DNA of 64,000 bases from contig JAVZLM010000001.1 of assembly GCA_038883775.1 (NCBI GenBank), positions 32,001 to 96,000 of the forward strand, in the 5' to 3' direction. The notes under the pieces are model-generated. The model was not told where the DNA came from, made no database searches, and saw only the letters and a program-made list of their open reading frames with translations. Made by a program: the position numbers and the translations under genes. This document shows, one piece after another, positions 1-10,829 of the stretch. Origin of the DNA: Candidatus Bathyarchaeia archaeon. Its GTDB lineage: Archaea > Thermoproteota > Bathyarchaeia > Bathyarchaeales > Bathycorpusculaceae. Each line of letters starts with the position of its first letter. The stretch's first letter is position 1.

Positions 1-204
1 ATATGTCCTCTCGCCGGTGTTCTATATAAAAATGGTGAAGTGCTTAAAAAACATCTGGAGTCAGCTAAAAAAGAAATCCTTAGACTTGTGTACGAACTTG
101 AGCCAGAAGCTTTGAGAACTATACTAAAAATAGAAGAACCTGAAACTTTCAAGGTAGACGAGAACACAATTGGAAATGACATCCTTTACAAGTTGAAAAG
201 TTAG
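1..204 (+). CDS. 3' end of a hypothetical protein (partial, runs off the window start)
   Basis: Frame 1 is open from base 1 to TAG at 202-204 (ICPLAGVLYKNGEVLKKHLES...ILYKLKS*); no family recognised. Confidence 0.6.
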   Translation: MCPLAGVLYKNGEVLKKHLESAKKEILRLVYELEPEALRTILKIEEPETFKVDENTIGNDILYKLKS

Positions 205-340
205 CGGTTATACAAGATTTTAGCCTCTTGATAAAAACTTTTGGCAGGTTCAACTGGATTAGCCGCGGAAAGTTTAGGTCAGATTCGAATTTTGAATTCA
301 TAACTTATTTATCCGTTTCATTAGCTCTTTAAAAGCAAAG

Positions 341-1039
341 GTGAACCGCGTGTCCATAGAGAAAATTAGTGTAGAAAGTCGTCATGAATTGGAGCAAATG
401 ATAACGAATGAGATAAATCAGATAGAAAAGGGTTTAACGGTGATTTGCAGCAACGTCCCTATAAACGAAAAGGCATCATTAGACATTTTATGCCATGACA
501 ACAATGGGCAACTCGTCATTCTTCAGTTGGATGTGAAGGAAGATGACATTATGCTTTTGCATGGAATACAAAGCGTAGACTATGTTGACAAGTTTAAATC
601 ATTTCTGAAAGCCACATACAACAAACACAAAATTGATGACAAGGAAAAACCAAGACTGATTTTGATTGCTCCAAGCTTTTCCGATGCTGTGCGCCGGGCA
701 GTTGAAGGCATGAAAGGAATACGCATAGACTTATATGAGTGGGAATACCTAAAACTCGGAGACCATAAAGGCCTCCGTCTCCAACCCATTTTTACATGGA
801 AGCCGGTTGAAAAACCAAAGGAAGAAAAGCCTGTAGAAAAAAAGCGTGAAGTAAAGCCTTTAAAGAAAAAGGAGCATGAATCCGAACTAGGCGAAAAAAA
901 GGAAGAGGCAGAACAGTCAAAACCCCCATTGGAGCCACCAAAGGAGGAGTTTCCACCGCCTTTGCCACCAGAAAAACCAAAGGAAGAACCCTTAACGCCA
1001 CCGAAGGAAGAGCCTAAAAGGAAGCTAAAACTATTCTAA
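341..1039 (+). CDS. NucS/EndoMS-C-like PD-(D/E)XK-fold protein with degenerate active site and Pro/Glu/Lys-rich tail
   Basis: E..LE motif, LDILCHDNNGQLVILQLD and PRLILIAPSF resemble the NucS C-terminal nuclease domain; low-complexity tail ends KRKLKLF. Confidence 0.6.
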   Translation: MNRVSIEKISVESRHELEQMITNEINQIEKGLTVICSNVPINEKASLDILCHDNNGQLVILQLDVKEDDIMLLHGIQSVDYVDKFKSFLKATYNKHKIDDKEKPRLILIAPSFSDAVRRAVEGMKGIRIDLYEWEYLKLGDHKGLRLQPIFTWKPVEKPKEEKPVEKKREVKPLKKKEHESELGEKKEEAEQSKPPLEPPKEEFPPPLPPEKPKEEPLTPPKEEPKRKLKLF

Positions 1040-1104
1040 AACCGCTCAGTTCCATCATCATGTTTGCTATAAAATTCTAAACGCAGAATTTTACTGGTGA
1101 TTTT

Positions 1105-2403
1105 TTGAGAATTGGCTTTTTTGTCTGGGAATACCCACCTGCACTTGTGGGTGGTTTAGGCACTTATGCCGAATACATAACTCGAGAATTTGTTTCTATG
1201 GGAAATGATGTAACTGTTTTTACGCTTAATCCTGGAAACTTGAAAACCAGAGAAATAATTAAGGGTGTGGAGGTTCACAGACCCCTTATTGCGGATGCGA
1301 GCAATGTTTTCCCCATGTTCGTTATTGACGACTTGAAAAAGTGGGGAACAAACATTCGCCTTTTTAATGACATTTTCATTTACAACATATTGAGCGCAAC
1401 AAAATTCATAAATAGCATGCTAAAAAAGGAAGGATGCAACTACGACGTAGTCTGCGTCCATGACTGGCTCAGCAGCATAGCAGGCATTATAATAAAAAAT
1501 GAGACAAAAGTTCCCATGATTTTTCATGTTCACAGCACAGAATGGGGCAGAAGCGGAGGAACAGGTTCCGAAGTTGTCTCCTATCTTGAATGGGCAACAG
1601 CCCAACGAGCTGACAAAATAATCACGGTAAGCCATGCCATGCAAGAAGACTTGGTGAGACATGGATGGCCAAAATCCAAAATAAGCGTTGTCTGGAACGG
1701 GGTTGACCCAGCTCGTTACAATCCGAAAAACTGCAAACCCGAAGAAGTGGAAGCCATTCGGAATAGGTATGGCATTAAACCCGACGAAAAAATGCTGCTT
1801 TTCCTTGGAAGGTTGACGTGGGTTAAGGGTGTTGGAAACTTAATTCAAGCAATGCCCATGGTTTTAGAGGAGTATCCAAAAGCCAAACTTGTGGTTTTGG
1901 GAAAAGGTGAACAGCAAAACGACATAATTGAAACTGCAAATAGGCTTGGAATAAGCAACAAAATTGCCTACAGATTCGATTTCGTTCCAGAAAAAGAACG
2001 CATCTTACACTACGCAGCAGCTGACGTTTGCATCTTCCCATCTACATACGAGCCTTTTGGAATAGTAAGCTTAGAAGCTATGGCTATGGCTAAACCATTA
2101 GTTGTAGGAGCCCAAGGCGTTGTGGGCTTCAGAGAACAAGTCATCTCATGCGGACCAGACCAAAACGGCGTCCACGTAAATGGTGGCAATGCGGCTGATA
2201 TTGCATGGGGAATAAAGGAAGTGTTATGCGATTCTGAAAGAGCCAAAAAATGGGGAGAAAATGGCAGAAAACGGGTGCTGCAATACTTTACATGGAAAAA
2301 GGTTGCAGAGCAAACCCTACAAATATACCATTCGCTCCAACACCCGCAAGAAGAAGGAGAACCAAAAGTCGTAGATTTAATGGAGAAATTGACAAAGACA
2401 TAA
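1105..2403 (+). CDS. GT4-family glycosyltransferase (glycogen synthase-like)
   Basis: WEYPP..VGGLG, HDW, HSTE and YEPFGIVSLEAMA motifs. Confidence 0.9.
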   Translation: MRIGFFVWEYPPALVGGLGTYAEYITREFVSMGNDVTVFTLNPGNLKTREIIKGVEVHRPLIADASNVFPMFVIDDLKKWGTNIRLFNDIFIYNILSATKFINSMLKKEGCNYDVVCVHDWLSSIAGIIIKNETKVPMIFHVHSTEWGRSGGTGSEVVSYLEWATAQRADKIITVSHAMQEDLVRHGWPKSKISVVWNGVDPARYNPKNCKPEEVEAIRNRYGIKPDEKMLLFLGRLTWVKGVGNLIQAMPMVLEEYPKAKLVVLGKGEQQNDIIETANRLGISNKIAYRFDFVPEKERILHYAAADVCIFPSTYEPFGIVSLEAMAMAKPLVVGAQGVVGFREQVISCGPDQNGVHVNGGNAADIAWGIKEVLCDSERAKKWGENGRKRVLQYFTWKKVAEQTLQIYHSLQHPQEEGEPKVVDLMEKLTKT

Positions 2404-2416
2404 AAAAGGGAGAGCT

Positions 2417-3646
2417 TTAGGCTTTTCTAGCTGCAGCCTTTTCTAGGGCTATAACGCCTGGCAACTTTTTACCCATCAGAAACTCTATTAGTGCTCCACC
2501 TGCTGTGCTAACATAGGAGATTTTGTTTGATAAACCAAGTTTTTCTAGTGATGATATTGTATGACCGCCTCCAGCAAGCGAGAAGGCTTTTGATTTAGCT
2601 ATTTCTTCAAAAACCCTTTTTGTCCCATAGATGAATTCGCTGTTTTCAAAAACTCCCATGGGTCCGCTGACTACAATGGATTTTGCAGCCTTTATTGTGG
2701 TGGCGTAATCCTCAACCGTTTTCGCTCCAATGTCAAAGATTTGATAGTTTACTGGCAATTCATTGATGGAAACTTCTTTCCTTTTTCCATCAACCTCAAC
2801 AGCCACATCCTTCGGGGTTTTAATCTTGTCCGGATATTTCTGCATCAGCTCTTTTATGCCTGGCACTAAGCCCATGAGCGCTTTCTTTTCTAAAAATTCC
2901 ATGTTGGGTTTGCCAAGGTTTATGCCCTTTGCTGCGAGGAAGACGTGTCCAACAACGCCGCCTGTTAAGACATAATCTGCTATTTTGTTGTTTAATACGT
3001 ATCTTGATATTTCCAGCGAGTCGTCAGCCTTTGCTCCTCCAAGAATGAAAACGCATGGTTTTTCTGGGTTCTCTAAAACTTTGCTTAGGGATTTGAGTTC
3101 TCTTTCCATTATGCGTCCTGCGGCGCTTGGCAAAACAGCCGTAAAGCCTATTATTGAAATGTGGGCTCTGTGAGCTGCTGCAAAGGCATCATTTACGAAT
3201 AGTTGGGCTAGTGGAGCCAAATTTTTGACAAAATCCGTTTTTGCATGTTCTTCCGGCGTGCCCTCTTTTGTTTCGTTTGCATATGTTCTAACGTTTTCTA
3301 GGACGAGGATTTCGCCGTTTTTTAAATTTTTTATTTCAGTTTTGGCTTTTTCTCCGAAAACATCATCCACATATTTTACTGGTTTTCCCAAAATTTTGCT
3401 GAGGATTTCGGCGTGCTGTTTTAATGGTATAAAATCTGGGTCGCCCTTTCGTCCTTGATGAGCCAAAACCACAACTTTCGCGCCTTTATCCGCCAACTCT
3501 TTTATGGTTGTTTCGCCGTGGGCTCGAATCCTCACATCTTCCAAGATTTTTTTGGTTTCTGGATCCACAGCTGAGTTAAAGTCCACTCGAACAAGAACGA
3601 CTTTACCTTTCACTTCCACGTCATCCAATGTGAGAAACTTTACCAT
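2417..3646 (-). CDS. pgk: Phosphoglycerate kinase (archaeal type)
   Basis: VRVDFN, AHQGR, LENVR, DAFAAAHR, GGAK, GPMGVFE, STAGGA motifs. Confidence 0.97.
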   Translation of the reverse strand: MVKFLTLDDVEVKGKVVLVRVDFNSAVDPETKKILEDVRIRAHGETTIKELADKGAKVVVLAHQGRKGDPDFIPLKQHAEILSKILGKPVKYVDDVFGEKAKTEIKNLKNGEILVLENVRTYANETKEGTPEEHAKTDFVKNLAPLAQLFVNDAFAAAHRAHISIIGFTAVLPSAAGRIMERELKSLSKVLENPEKPCVFILGGAKADDSLEISRYVLNNKIADYVLTGGVVGHVFLAAKGINLGKPNMEFLEKKALMGLVPGIKELMQKYPDKIKTPKDVAVEVDGKRKEVSINELPVNYQIFDIGAKTVEDYATTIKAAKSIVVSGPMGVFENSEFIYGTKRVFEEIAKSKAFSLAGGGHTISSLEKLGLSNKISYVSTAGGALIEFLMGKKLPGVIALEKAAARKA

Positions 3647-3688
3647 TCTTCCACCTCACATTAAAAAGAAAATGAGGGAGGTTGAAGG

Positions 3689-4702
<1,014 letters not shown>

Positions 4703-4798
4703 TTACTTTTCACCTACTCTCCAATTTTGAATTATCTAATCGAAGTTTTCCCCTAATTAATTTTCCGACTGCCTTTTTAGAGGAAATATGAATTAGAT

Positions 4799-6145
4799 TT
4801 AGCGTAGCTTCATCAGAACCATTTCTGCAGCCAAAACCAATGGCTCCCAAGTTTCGCAAACCGGCGGCGCATAAGCAGTATCTGCCTTAGCAAGTTCTCG
4901 CACTGTCATCTGTTTTTGTATGGCAAAGGATATGGCATTTATGCGTTGGGTTACCTCTTCACCGCCTATGATTTGGGCGCCTATTATACGCTGAGACTCT
5001 TTTTCAACAACCAATTTCACTTTTATCGGCAAAGCACCAGGATAGTAGTCAGCCCTAGTCTTTGAGGATATAGTGCCAGTAACAGTTTCTATTCGTGCCC
5101 TTTGGGCTGCTGCCTCTGTCAAGCCTGTTACGCCAACTTGTGTGTCATATAACTGTGTCACAGCAGAGCCTAAAACACCGGTGAAAAGGGCATAGCCTCC
5201 AGCAGCGTTTATTCCAGCAACTTTTCCTTGCCTTACAGCCACAGTTCCCAGTTGTTGAAGGGCTGGTTTTTGTGTTACTATATGAGTAGATTCTGCACAA
5301 TCGCCAACTGCATAAACATCTTTCATATTTGTTTCCATTCTGGCGTTGGTTTTGATGGCTCTTGTTTCTCCTTGGGCTATTCCAGCGTCCACGGCAAGTT
5401 GTGTGTTTGCTCTAACGCCGAAGGCGCTGACGAAAAGATCTGCGTTTATCTGTTCTCCTCCAGCCATTATGCCCGTAACTTTTTCTGTGCCGAGAAATTC
5501 TTCAACTGGCTTGTTTGTAAGGATTCTTATTTCTTTTTGTTCTAGCATTTCCTGAACCATTTTTGCTATGTCTGTGTCAAGCATTGCTGGCAAAATTTGA
5601 GGCAGCATTTCCACAACAGTCACTTTTAGCCCTCTTTCTTGTAGGGCGACGGCAGTTTCTAAGCCTATGAGTCCAGCGCCCATGACAACGGCTGACTTTG
5701 CACCTTCTTCGACTGCTTGGTTTATTCTTTGTCCGTCCTCTATTGTTCTTAGGGGAATTATTCCAGGTTTTTCTCTTCCCTTTATTGGCGGTGTGAAGGC
5801 GCTTGCACCAGTGGCTATTATTAGGCTGTCGTAGGGAATTTCGTCTGTTTTCCCAGTTTTATCGGTTGTTAAAACAACTTTTTTGGTTGCATCTATTTTT
5901 GTCACTTTTGTTTCTGTTTTTAGGTTAAGTTTCATCATTTGGAAGTAGCTTGACGGGAAAACTATTAAGTCGTTAAAGCTTGGTATGTGTCCGCCTATGA
6001 CGAAAGGTAAGCCACAGCGGGAATAACCAGCATGTCTCTCATCTGTTATTAGGGTTATTTCTGCTGTGCGATCTGTTTTTCTTGCTGCAGATGCTGCGTC
6101 AACTCCAGCGGCGTGAGCCCCTATTATGACTATGCGTCTAGGCAT
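4799..6145 (-). CDS. FAD-dependent pyridine nucleotide-disulfide oxidoreductase (NADH oxidase/CoA-disulfide reductase family)
   Basis: IIGAHAAG, single-Cys YSRCGLP, ATGA, GAGLIGLE, YAVGDC, YAPP. Confidence 0.9.
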   Translation of the reverse strand: MPRRIVIIGAHAAGVDAASAARKTDRTAEITLITDERHAGYSRCGLPFVIGGHIPSFNDLIVFPSSYFQMMKLNLKTETKVTKIDATKKVVLTTDKTGKTDEIPYDSLIIATGASAFTPPIKGREKPGIIPLRTIEDGQRINQAVEEGAKSAVVMGAGLIGLETAVALQERGLKVTVVEMLPQILPAMLDTDIAKMVQEMLEQKEIRILTNKPVEEFLGTEKVTGIMAGGEQINADLFVSAFGVRANTQLAVDAGIAQGETRAIKTNARMETNMKDVYAVGDCAESTHIVTQKPALQQLGTVAVRQGKVAGINAAGGYALFTGVLGSAVTQLYDTQVGVTGLTEAAAQRARIETVTGTISSKTRADYYPGALPIKVKLVVEKESQRIIGAQIIGGEEVTQRINAISFAIQKQMTVRELAKADTAYAPPVCETWEPLVLAAEMVLMKLR

Positions 6146-6157
6146 AAGTTTCCATCT

Positions 6158-6568
6158 CTACTTTATCAGTGTCTTATGCCACTCCACTGCTTGGTTAAAG
6201 TTCATTAGGTTTGGCAGTTCTCCTTGCAAGTTTGATGGTTTTATTATTAGCAACCAGCCTTTTCCATAAGGGTCTTCGTTTAATAGTTCAGGTTTTGATT
6301 GGACTTCCGTGTTTACTTCTAATATTTCTCCGCTTATTGGCGCGACCAAGTCTGAAACGGCTTTTACTGATTCCACTGTTCCGTATGGCTCGTTCTGTTT
6401 TGTCATGGTTCCAGGGCTTGGCAGTTCCGCATAAACTATTTCTCTTAGTTGTTTTTGGGCGTAGTCTGTTATGCCTACGCGAACTTTGTCTCCTTCAATT
6501 TTTAGCCATTCAAAATCTTTTGTGTAATACAATCCCTCTGGCACTTCATATCCGTCTACTTTCACCAT
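6158..6568 (-). CDS. gcvH: Glycine cleavage system H (lipoyl carrier) protein
   Basis: GITDYAQ, VESVKAVSD (lipoyl-Lys), NEDPYGKGW; ATG at 6568 follows an AGAGGTGG SD. Confidence 0.95.
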   Translation of the reverse strand: MVKVDGYEVPEGLYYTKDFEWLKIEGDKVRVGITDYAQKQLREIVYAELPSPGTMTKQNEPYGTVESVKAVSDLVAPISGEILEVNTEVQSKPELLNEDPYGKGWLLIIKPSNLQGELPNLMNFNQAVEWHKTLIK

Positions 6569-6812
6569 ATTTCCACCTCTAATTGGTGCTAATTCTTTTA
6601 CGTTTAAACGTTTAAAATTAACTGTTAAAACAATGTTCACTTATCATAATAAACGAAGAAAATTATATTACAAGCTGATTTTTTCGTCAAGTTTAACTTA
6701 AATAAGCGATAAAATGTTCTTCTTATCAATTAAAGATGTTGAAGATTAATCTTTGAACCATAAAACTTAAGGTGAAAATCTGATTATACATGAGGCGTTA
6801 GGTGTAAATGTT

Positions 6813-7349
6813 ATGGGGAAAACAGCCCTAATAACGCCATTATACATTTCAGTGGCGTGGACATTACTTGTTAGTTATCAGCTTTTCACTCAAACAGCGG
6901 TTTCCACTGTTGTATCCTATATTACTATGGTTTTGCCTGAAATAGGGTGGTGGATGAGTTACCGAATAGACATGTTGGTTTTTGTTCATGCTTTTGCATG
7001 GATTTTTCTGCTTTCCTCTGCTATTCCATCGGTTCTGTTGGGAAAACAGAGAAGCGTACTAATTCAGTTTGCAGTTTGCTTAACATTGACGTTTCTGGCT
7101 TTCATAATACAAGATTTACTGAAAGTTTATGAAATAGAACCAATAAGTCAGTTGCTCGGCCTTTGCTTTCTATTTCAGAATCCTATTTTTGCTACACTCT
7201 ATCTTTCTACTCCATACGTTTTCATGCTATTACTTGACATAGGTTTAAGGAAGAGACGTCGCGAAGACGTTGAATTCGAAAAAATCAAAACAATCTACAA
7301 GGAACAAGTCGTAGCTGAACAAAAAACGAACTCAGCAAACAATAAATAA
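6813..7349 (+). CDS. Hypothetical membrane protein (~4 TM)
   Basis: Several hydrophobic segments and a charged C-tail. Confidence 0.7.
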   Translation: MGKTALITPLYISVAWTLLVSYQLFTQTAVSTVVSYITMVLPEIGWWMSYRIDMLVFVHAFAWIFLLSSAIPSVLLGKQRSVLIQFAVCLTLTFLAFIIQDLLKVYEIEPISQLLGLCFLFQNPIFATLYLSTPYVFMLLLDIGLRKRRREDVEFEKIKTIYKEQVVAEQKTNSANNK

Positions 7350-7355
7350 TTCAGT

Positions 7356-8435
7356 TTATGTTTTTCTTTTTCCTTGTATGTATTCTTCCACCCATTCTTT
7401 TGCAGTTGAATCTGGCACTTGTATTGGTGGATGCTTAAATGCGTAAGAAGATATGCTTATGAGGGGTCCAGCTATTTTTCTGTCCAATGCGATTTTCACA
7501 GCCCTTATAACATCAATCACTACTCCGGCGCTGTTCGGCGAATCCTCAACCTCAAGTTTTACGCTTATGGTTAATGGTCTGTCGCCAAACTTTCTGCCCT
7601 TAAGCCACAAGTAACAAATCTTCTTATTTCCAAGAAAATGTACGTAATCCGATGGTCCTATTCTTGTTGGCAAATCATATGGGACAAGGCTTTTAACGGC
7701 TTCCGTCTTGCTTATGCGTTTAGTCTTTAAGCGTTCTTCAACGGTCATATTCAAAAAGTCCGTGTCTCCGCCAAGGTTTAACTGATAAGTTTCGTCAACA
7801 ATTACTCCTCTATCTACGCATAGCTTAACCAAGTTTCGATGGAGAATTGTTGCGCCTAACTGGCTTTTAACGTCGTCTCCTGCCACTGGTAATCCCTTTT
7901 CTTCAAATTTTTTACTCCATGAAGGGTCTGAGGCTATGAACTCTGGTATGCAATTTATGAAGGCGCATCCAGCATCCAAGGCTGCTTGTGCATAAAACTG
8001 TGTGGCGTTTCGGCTTCCAACAGGCAAATAATTAATGAGCATATCTGCGTCAACTTTTTTCAAAGTTTCAGCTATATCCATAGTCTTAATTTCACCGCCA
8101 TTGTAAACGTTAAAGGGCTTTTTCATGTGTTCTGCTACGCCATCAAGAATTGGTGCAGGCGAAACTTTCACGCCTAAGTGTGGTACATCGGCAAATTTGG
8201 CGACACAATTTGGCTCTGTGAATATGGCTTCTGACAAATCTTTCCCGATTTTATTTTTGTTGACATCGAAAGCGGCGACAAATTTTATATCCCTTATATG
8301 ATATCCGCCGAAGTTTACATGCATGAGCCCCGGCACACGTTCTTTTTCTTCAGCGTTTTTATAATATTCTACTCCTTGAATTAGGGCGGATGCGCTGTTG
8401 CCTACTCCAGTTATCGCTACACGAATTTCAGTCAA
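7356..8435 (-). CDS. ino1: myo-Inositol-1-phosphate synthase
   Basis: GVGNSAS, NYLPVGS, GDDVKSQLGAT, QLNLGGDTDF, DSPNSAG. Confidence 0.95.
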   Translation of the reverse strand: MTEIRVAITGVGNSASALIQGVEYYKNAEEKERVPGLMHVNFGGYHIRDIKFVAAFDVNKNKIGKDLSEAIFTEPNCVAKFADVPHLGVKVSPAPILDGVAEHMKKPFNVYNGGEIKTMDIAETLKKVDADMLINYLPVGSRNATQFYAQAALDAGCAFINCIPEFIASDPSWSKKFEEKGLPVAGDDVKSQLGATILHRNLVKLCVDRGVIVDETYQLNLGGDTDFLNMTVEERLKTKRISKTEAVKSLVPYDLPTRIGPSDYVHFLGNKKICYLWLKGRKFGDRPLTISVKLEVEDSPNSAGVVIDVIRAVKIALDRKIAGPLISISSYAFKHPPIQVPDSTAKEWVEEYIQGKRKT

Positions 8436-8561
8436 TTTTAGTTTTCTCCTTTAAGCTTTCGTTAAGGCTTTTAGAAGCTGTCTGCTCTATAACTTTTTCT
8501 GGAATCATAGCAAAATTAAAAGGGAACCTTAAATTATACACAATTTTCGGAGCGCATGTTT

Positions 8562-8930
8562 ATGGGCGAAAATGAAGTGGACGTGAAATATGAGCCTTTT
8601 AAAGAAATTGTGGTTATGGAACGCAACTTCTTCTCCACGCCAGACGAAATAGCAAGGTTCACCTCTATAGTTGCTGGAGGAAAACCCGCAGGATTATATT
8701 GGGCTGAAGGCGTCGTATTCCTATATTTTCCGCTTCCTGCATCCACCGAGATAGCTGCAAAAGAATTAATTGAGAATGGTAGGGTTTACTGGACTTTTGT
8801 TGGTTATGCACTTATGCCAAAATACCAGTCAACAATCGAAACTAAAGAGAAAATTATAGTTCCGGTAATTGACATGTCTTCTAACCCCATGTTCCGAAAG
8901 GTTGCAAATTGGCTAAAAGAACAAAAATAG
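8562..8930 (+). CDS. Conserved archaeal hypothetical protein
   Basis: Typical coding composition; overlaps the downstream ribK. Confidence 0.7.
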   Translation: MGENEVDVKYEPFKEIVVMERNFFSTPDEIARFTSIVAGGKPAGLYWAEGVVFLYFPLPASTEIAAKELIENGRVYWTFVGYALMPKYQSTIETKEKIIVPVIDMSSNPMFRKVANWLKEQK

Positions 8931-9322
8931 CCCCAATACAGTTTGAAGGCAAAATTTTCTCAGGAAGCGGAGAAGCAGCAAAATTCATTAGTCTTCCATG
9001 GGTGAAAGAGCAAATAGCAGAAAAGTTGTGTTTCACCCCATACAATGGAACCCTAAACATAAGACTAGACGAAAACAGTGTAGCCCTTAAAAGGCACATT
9101 CTGAACAACGCAAAAGCCATAAAAATACTTCCATCAGAAGGATTCTGCCAAGGAACACTTTTAAAAGCAGTTTTTATGGGCAAAATGGAATGTGCAATTG
9201 TTGTTCCAGAAGTTGATGGCTACCCAGAAGATGTCGTCGAAATTATAGCTCCAATAAATTTAAGAAAGAGATTTCAGCTAAAAGACGGCGACAAAGTCAA
9301 AGTAAAAATTTTGCTTAGCTAG
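8909..9322 (+). CDS. ribK: CTP-dependent riboflavin kinase (DUF120)
   Basis: SGSGEA, PYNGTLN, EIIAPINLR...LKDGD. Confidence 0.9.
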   Translation: MAKRTKIAPIQFEGKIFSGSGEAAKFISLPWVKEQIAEKLCFTPYNGTLNIRLDENSVALKRHILNNAKAIKILPSEGFCQGTLLKAVFMGKMECAIVVPEVDGYPEDVVEIIAPINLRKRFQLKDGDKVKVKILLS

Positions 9323-10821
9323 ACCGTCACTTTTCGTTTTTCTTTAAGAAAATTTTTGACATACTCTTTTAGGCAATTATTCTTTTTTAGGTATTCGCCG
9401 TATTTTACAAGGGCGTTCATAGCTCTTGCAGCATCTTCTGGCGAGGCGTAGGCTGGTATTCCAAGTTTGTCAAATCTAAAGCGTGTGTGCAAAGCCATTT
9501 CCGTTTCTCCAATATCGCATACCACTATTGGCTTATCATATTTGCTTGCTACTCTTGCTACTCTGTCAATGTAGTCTTCTTGCAAGGCTGGTGTGTGGTG
9601 TAAACCAAGCAATATTATGCCGTGAATCTCCTGGTCTTGAAAGAGAATCTCAACCGCAGTTTCAAACATTTCAGATGTTCCAGAACCAGTTATATCAACT
9701 GGATTGAGATTTGTTGCAAATTTGGGAAGCCGCCCTTCCTCTTTCAATTTTTCAAACTTTTGTATAGTGGCTTCAGAAAAGCGTTTAACAGTTAAACCTC
9801 TCAATTCACATTCGTCAACAGCCATTATGCCCGGACCACCCGCATCGGTAACTATTCCGACATTTTTTCCAGAAGCGGGTGGCTGCATAGCCAAGGCTTT
9901 TCCAGCGTCAAAAAATTCTTCCATATCCTTTGCCCTTATAACGCCGGTCTGGGCAAAAACAGCATCGTATATTTGGTCTGAGCCAGCCAAGGCTCCAGTG
10001 TGCGAAGCGGCTGCTCTGGCTCCGGCTTCTGTTCTGCCCGCTTTTAGGGCTATTATAGGTTTTTTCTTTGCGACTTCTCTGGCTATTTTTATGAATTCTC
10101 TTCCCGCCTTTATGTCTTCGATGTATAGCATTATGACTCTGGTTTCTTCATCATGCAAAAGGTAGCGTAACATTTCTGCCTCGTCCACATCACATTTGTT
10201 TCCAAAACTTACGAACTTGCTGACTCCAATCTGCCGCCCAGCTAAATAATCGAGGGCTGCAACGCCGAAGGCGCCGCTTTGTGTTACCATGGCTATGTTT
10301 CCAGGCATTGGCCGCGGTGTTGCAATAACCTCCTCTCCTGTTGTCAAAACTTTTGTTTCTGGAAGGAAAAGCATGTCAACGCCTGTTTTTGAATCATAAA
10401 CTCCAAGGCAGTTTGGTCCTAAAATGCGTATTCCAGCTTTTTTGGCTATTGTTAAAACCCTATTCTCAAGTTCATGTTTACCAATTTCGCTGAAACCCGA
10501 ACTGATTATGACAATTGCCTTCACTTTCTTAGCGGCAGCATCCTCCATTATTTTCGGCACAATTTCTGCTGGAACAACAACTACAACCAAATCCAACTCT
10601 ACGGGAATCTTGGTCACTGAAGGGTAACATTGAAACCCTAAAATGGAATCCTCGTAAGGGTTTACTGGAAAAACTTCTCCCTTGAAGATTCCTCTCTTCT
10701 TGTTTTCGACAAAATTTTTGAAAATCACGTGCCCAGCCTTGTTTATTTTTTTGGTTGCTCCTACAATGGCGACTGATTTTGGAGAGAAAAACGCATGCAA
10801 GTCTTCTATTTTTGTCTTCAT
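9319..10821 (-). CDS. acdA: Acetate/acyl-CoA ligase (ADP-forming) alpha subunit
   Basis: PKSVAIVGAT, GPNCLG, TQSGA, ASHTGALAG (phospho-His), NPVDI. Confidence 0.92.
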   Translation of the reverse strand: MKTKIEDLHAFFSPKSVAIVGATKKINKAGHVIFKNFVENKKRGIFKGEVFPVNPYEDSILGFQCYPSVTKIPVELDLVVVVVPAEIVPKIMEDAAAKKVKAIVIISSGFSEIGKHELENRVLTIAKKAGIRILGPNCLGVYDSKTGVDMLFLPETKVLTTGEEVIATPRPMPGNIAMVTQSGAFGVAALDYLAGRQIGVSKFVSFGNKCDVDEAEMLRYLLHDEETRVIMLYIEDIKAGREFIKIAREVAKKKPIIALKAGRTEAGARAAASHTGALAGSDQIYDAVFAQTGVIRAKDMEEFFDAGKALAMQPPASGKNVGIVTDAGGPGIMAVDECELRGLTVKRFSEATIQKFEKLKEEGRLPKFATNLNPVDITGSGTSEMFETAVEILFQDQEIHGIILLGLHHTPALQEDYIDRVARVASKYDKPIVVCDIGETEMALHTRFRFDKLGIPAYASPEDAARAMNALVKYGEYLKKNNCLKEYVKNFLKEKRKVTV

Positions 10822-10829
10822 TTATGCTT

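Noticed and set aside
6595-6620. Palindrome ACGTTTAAACGT upstream of gcvH
   Set aside because: It coincides with the expected TATA region of divergent promoters and cannot be distinguished from an ordinary promoter
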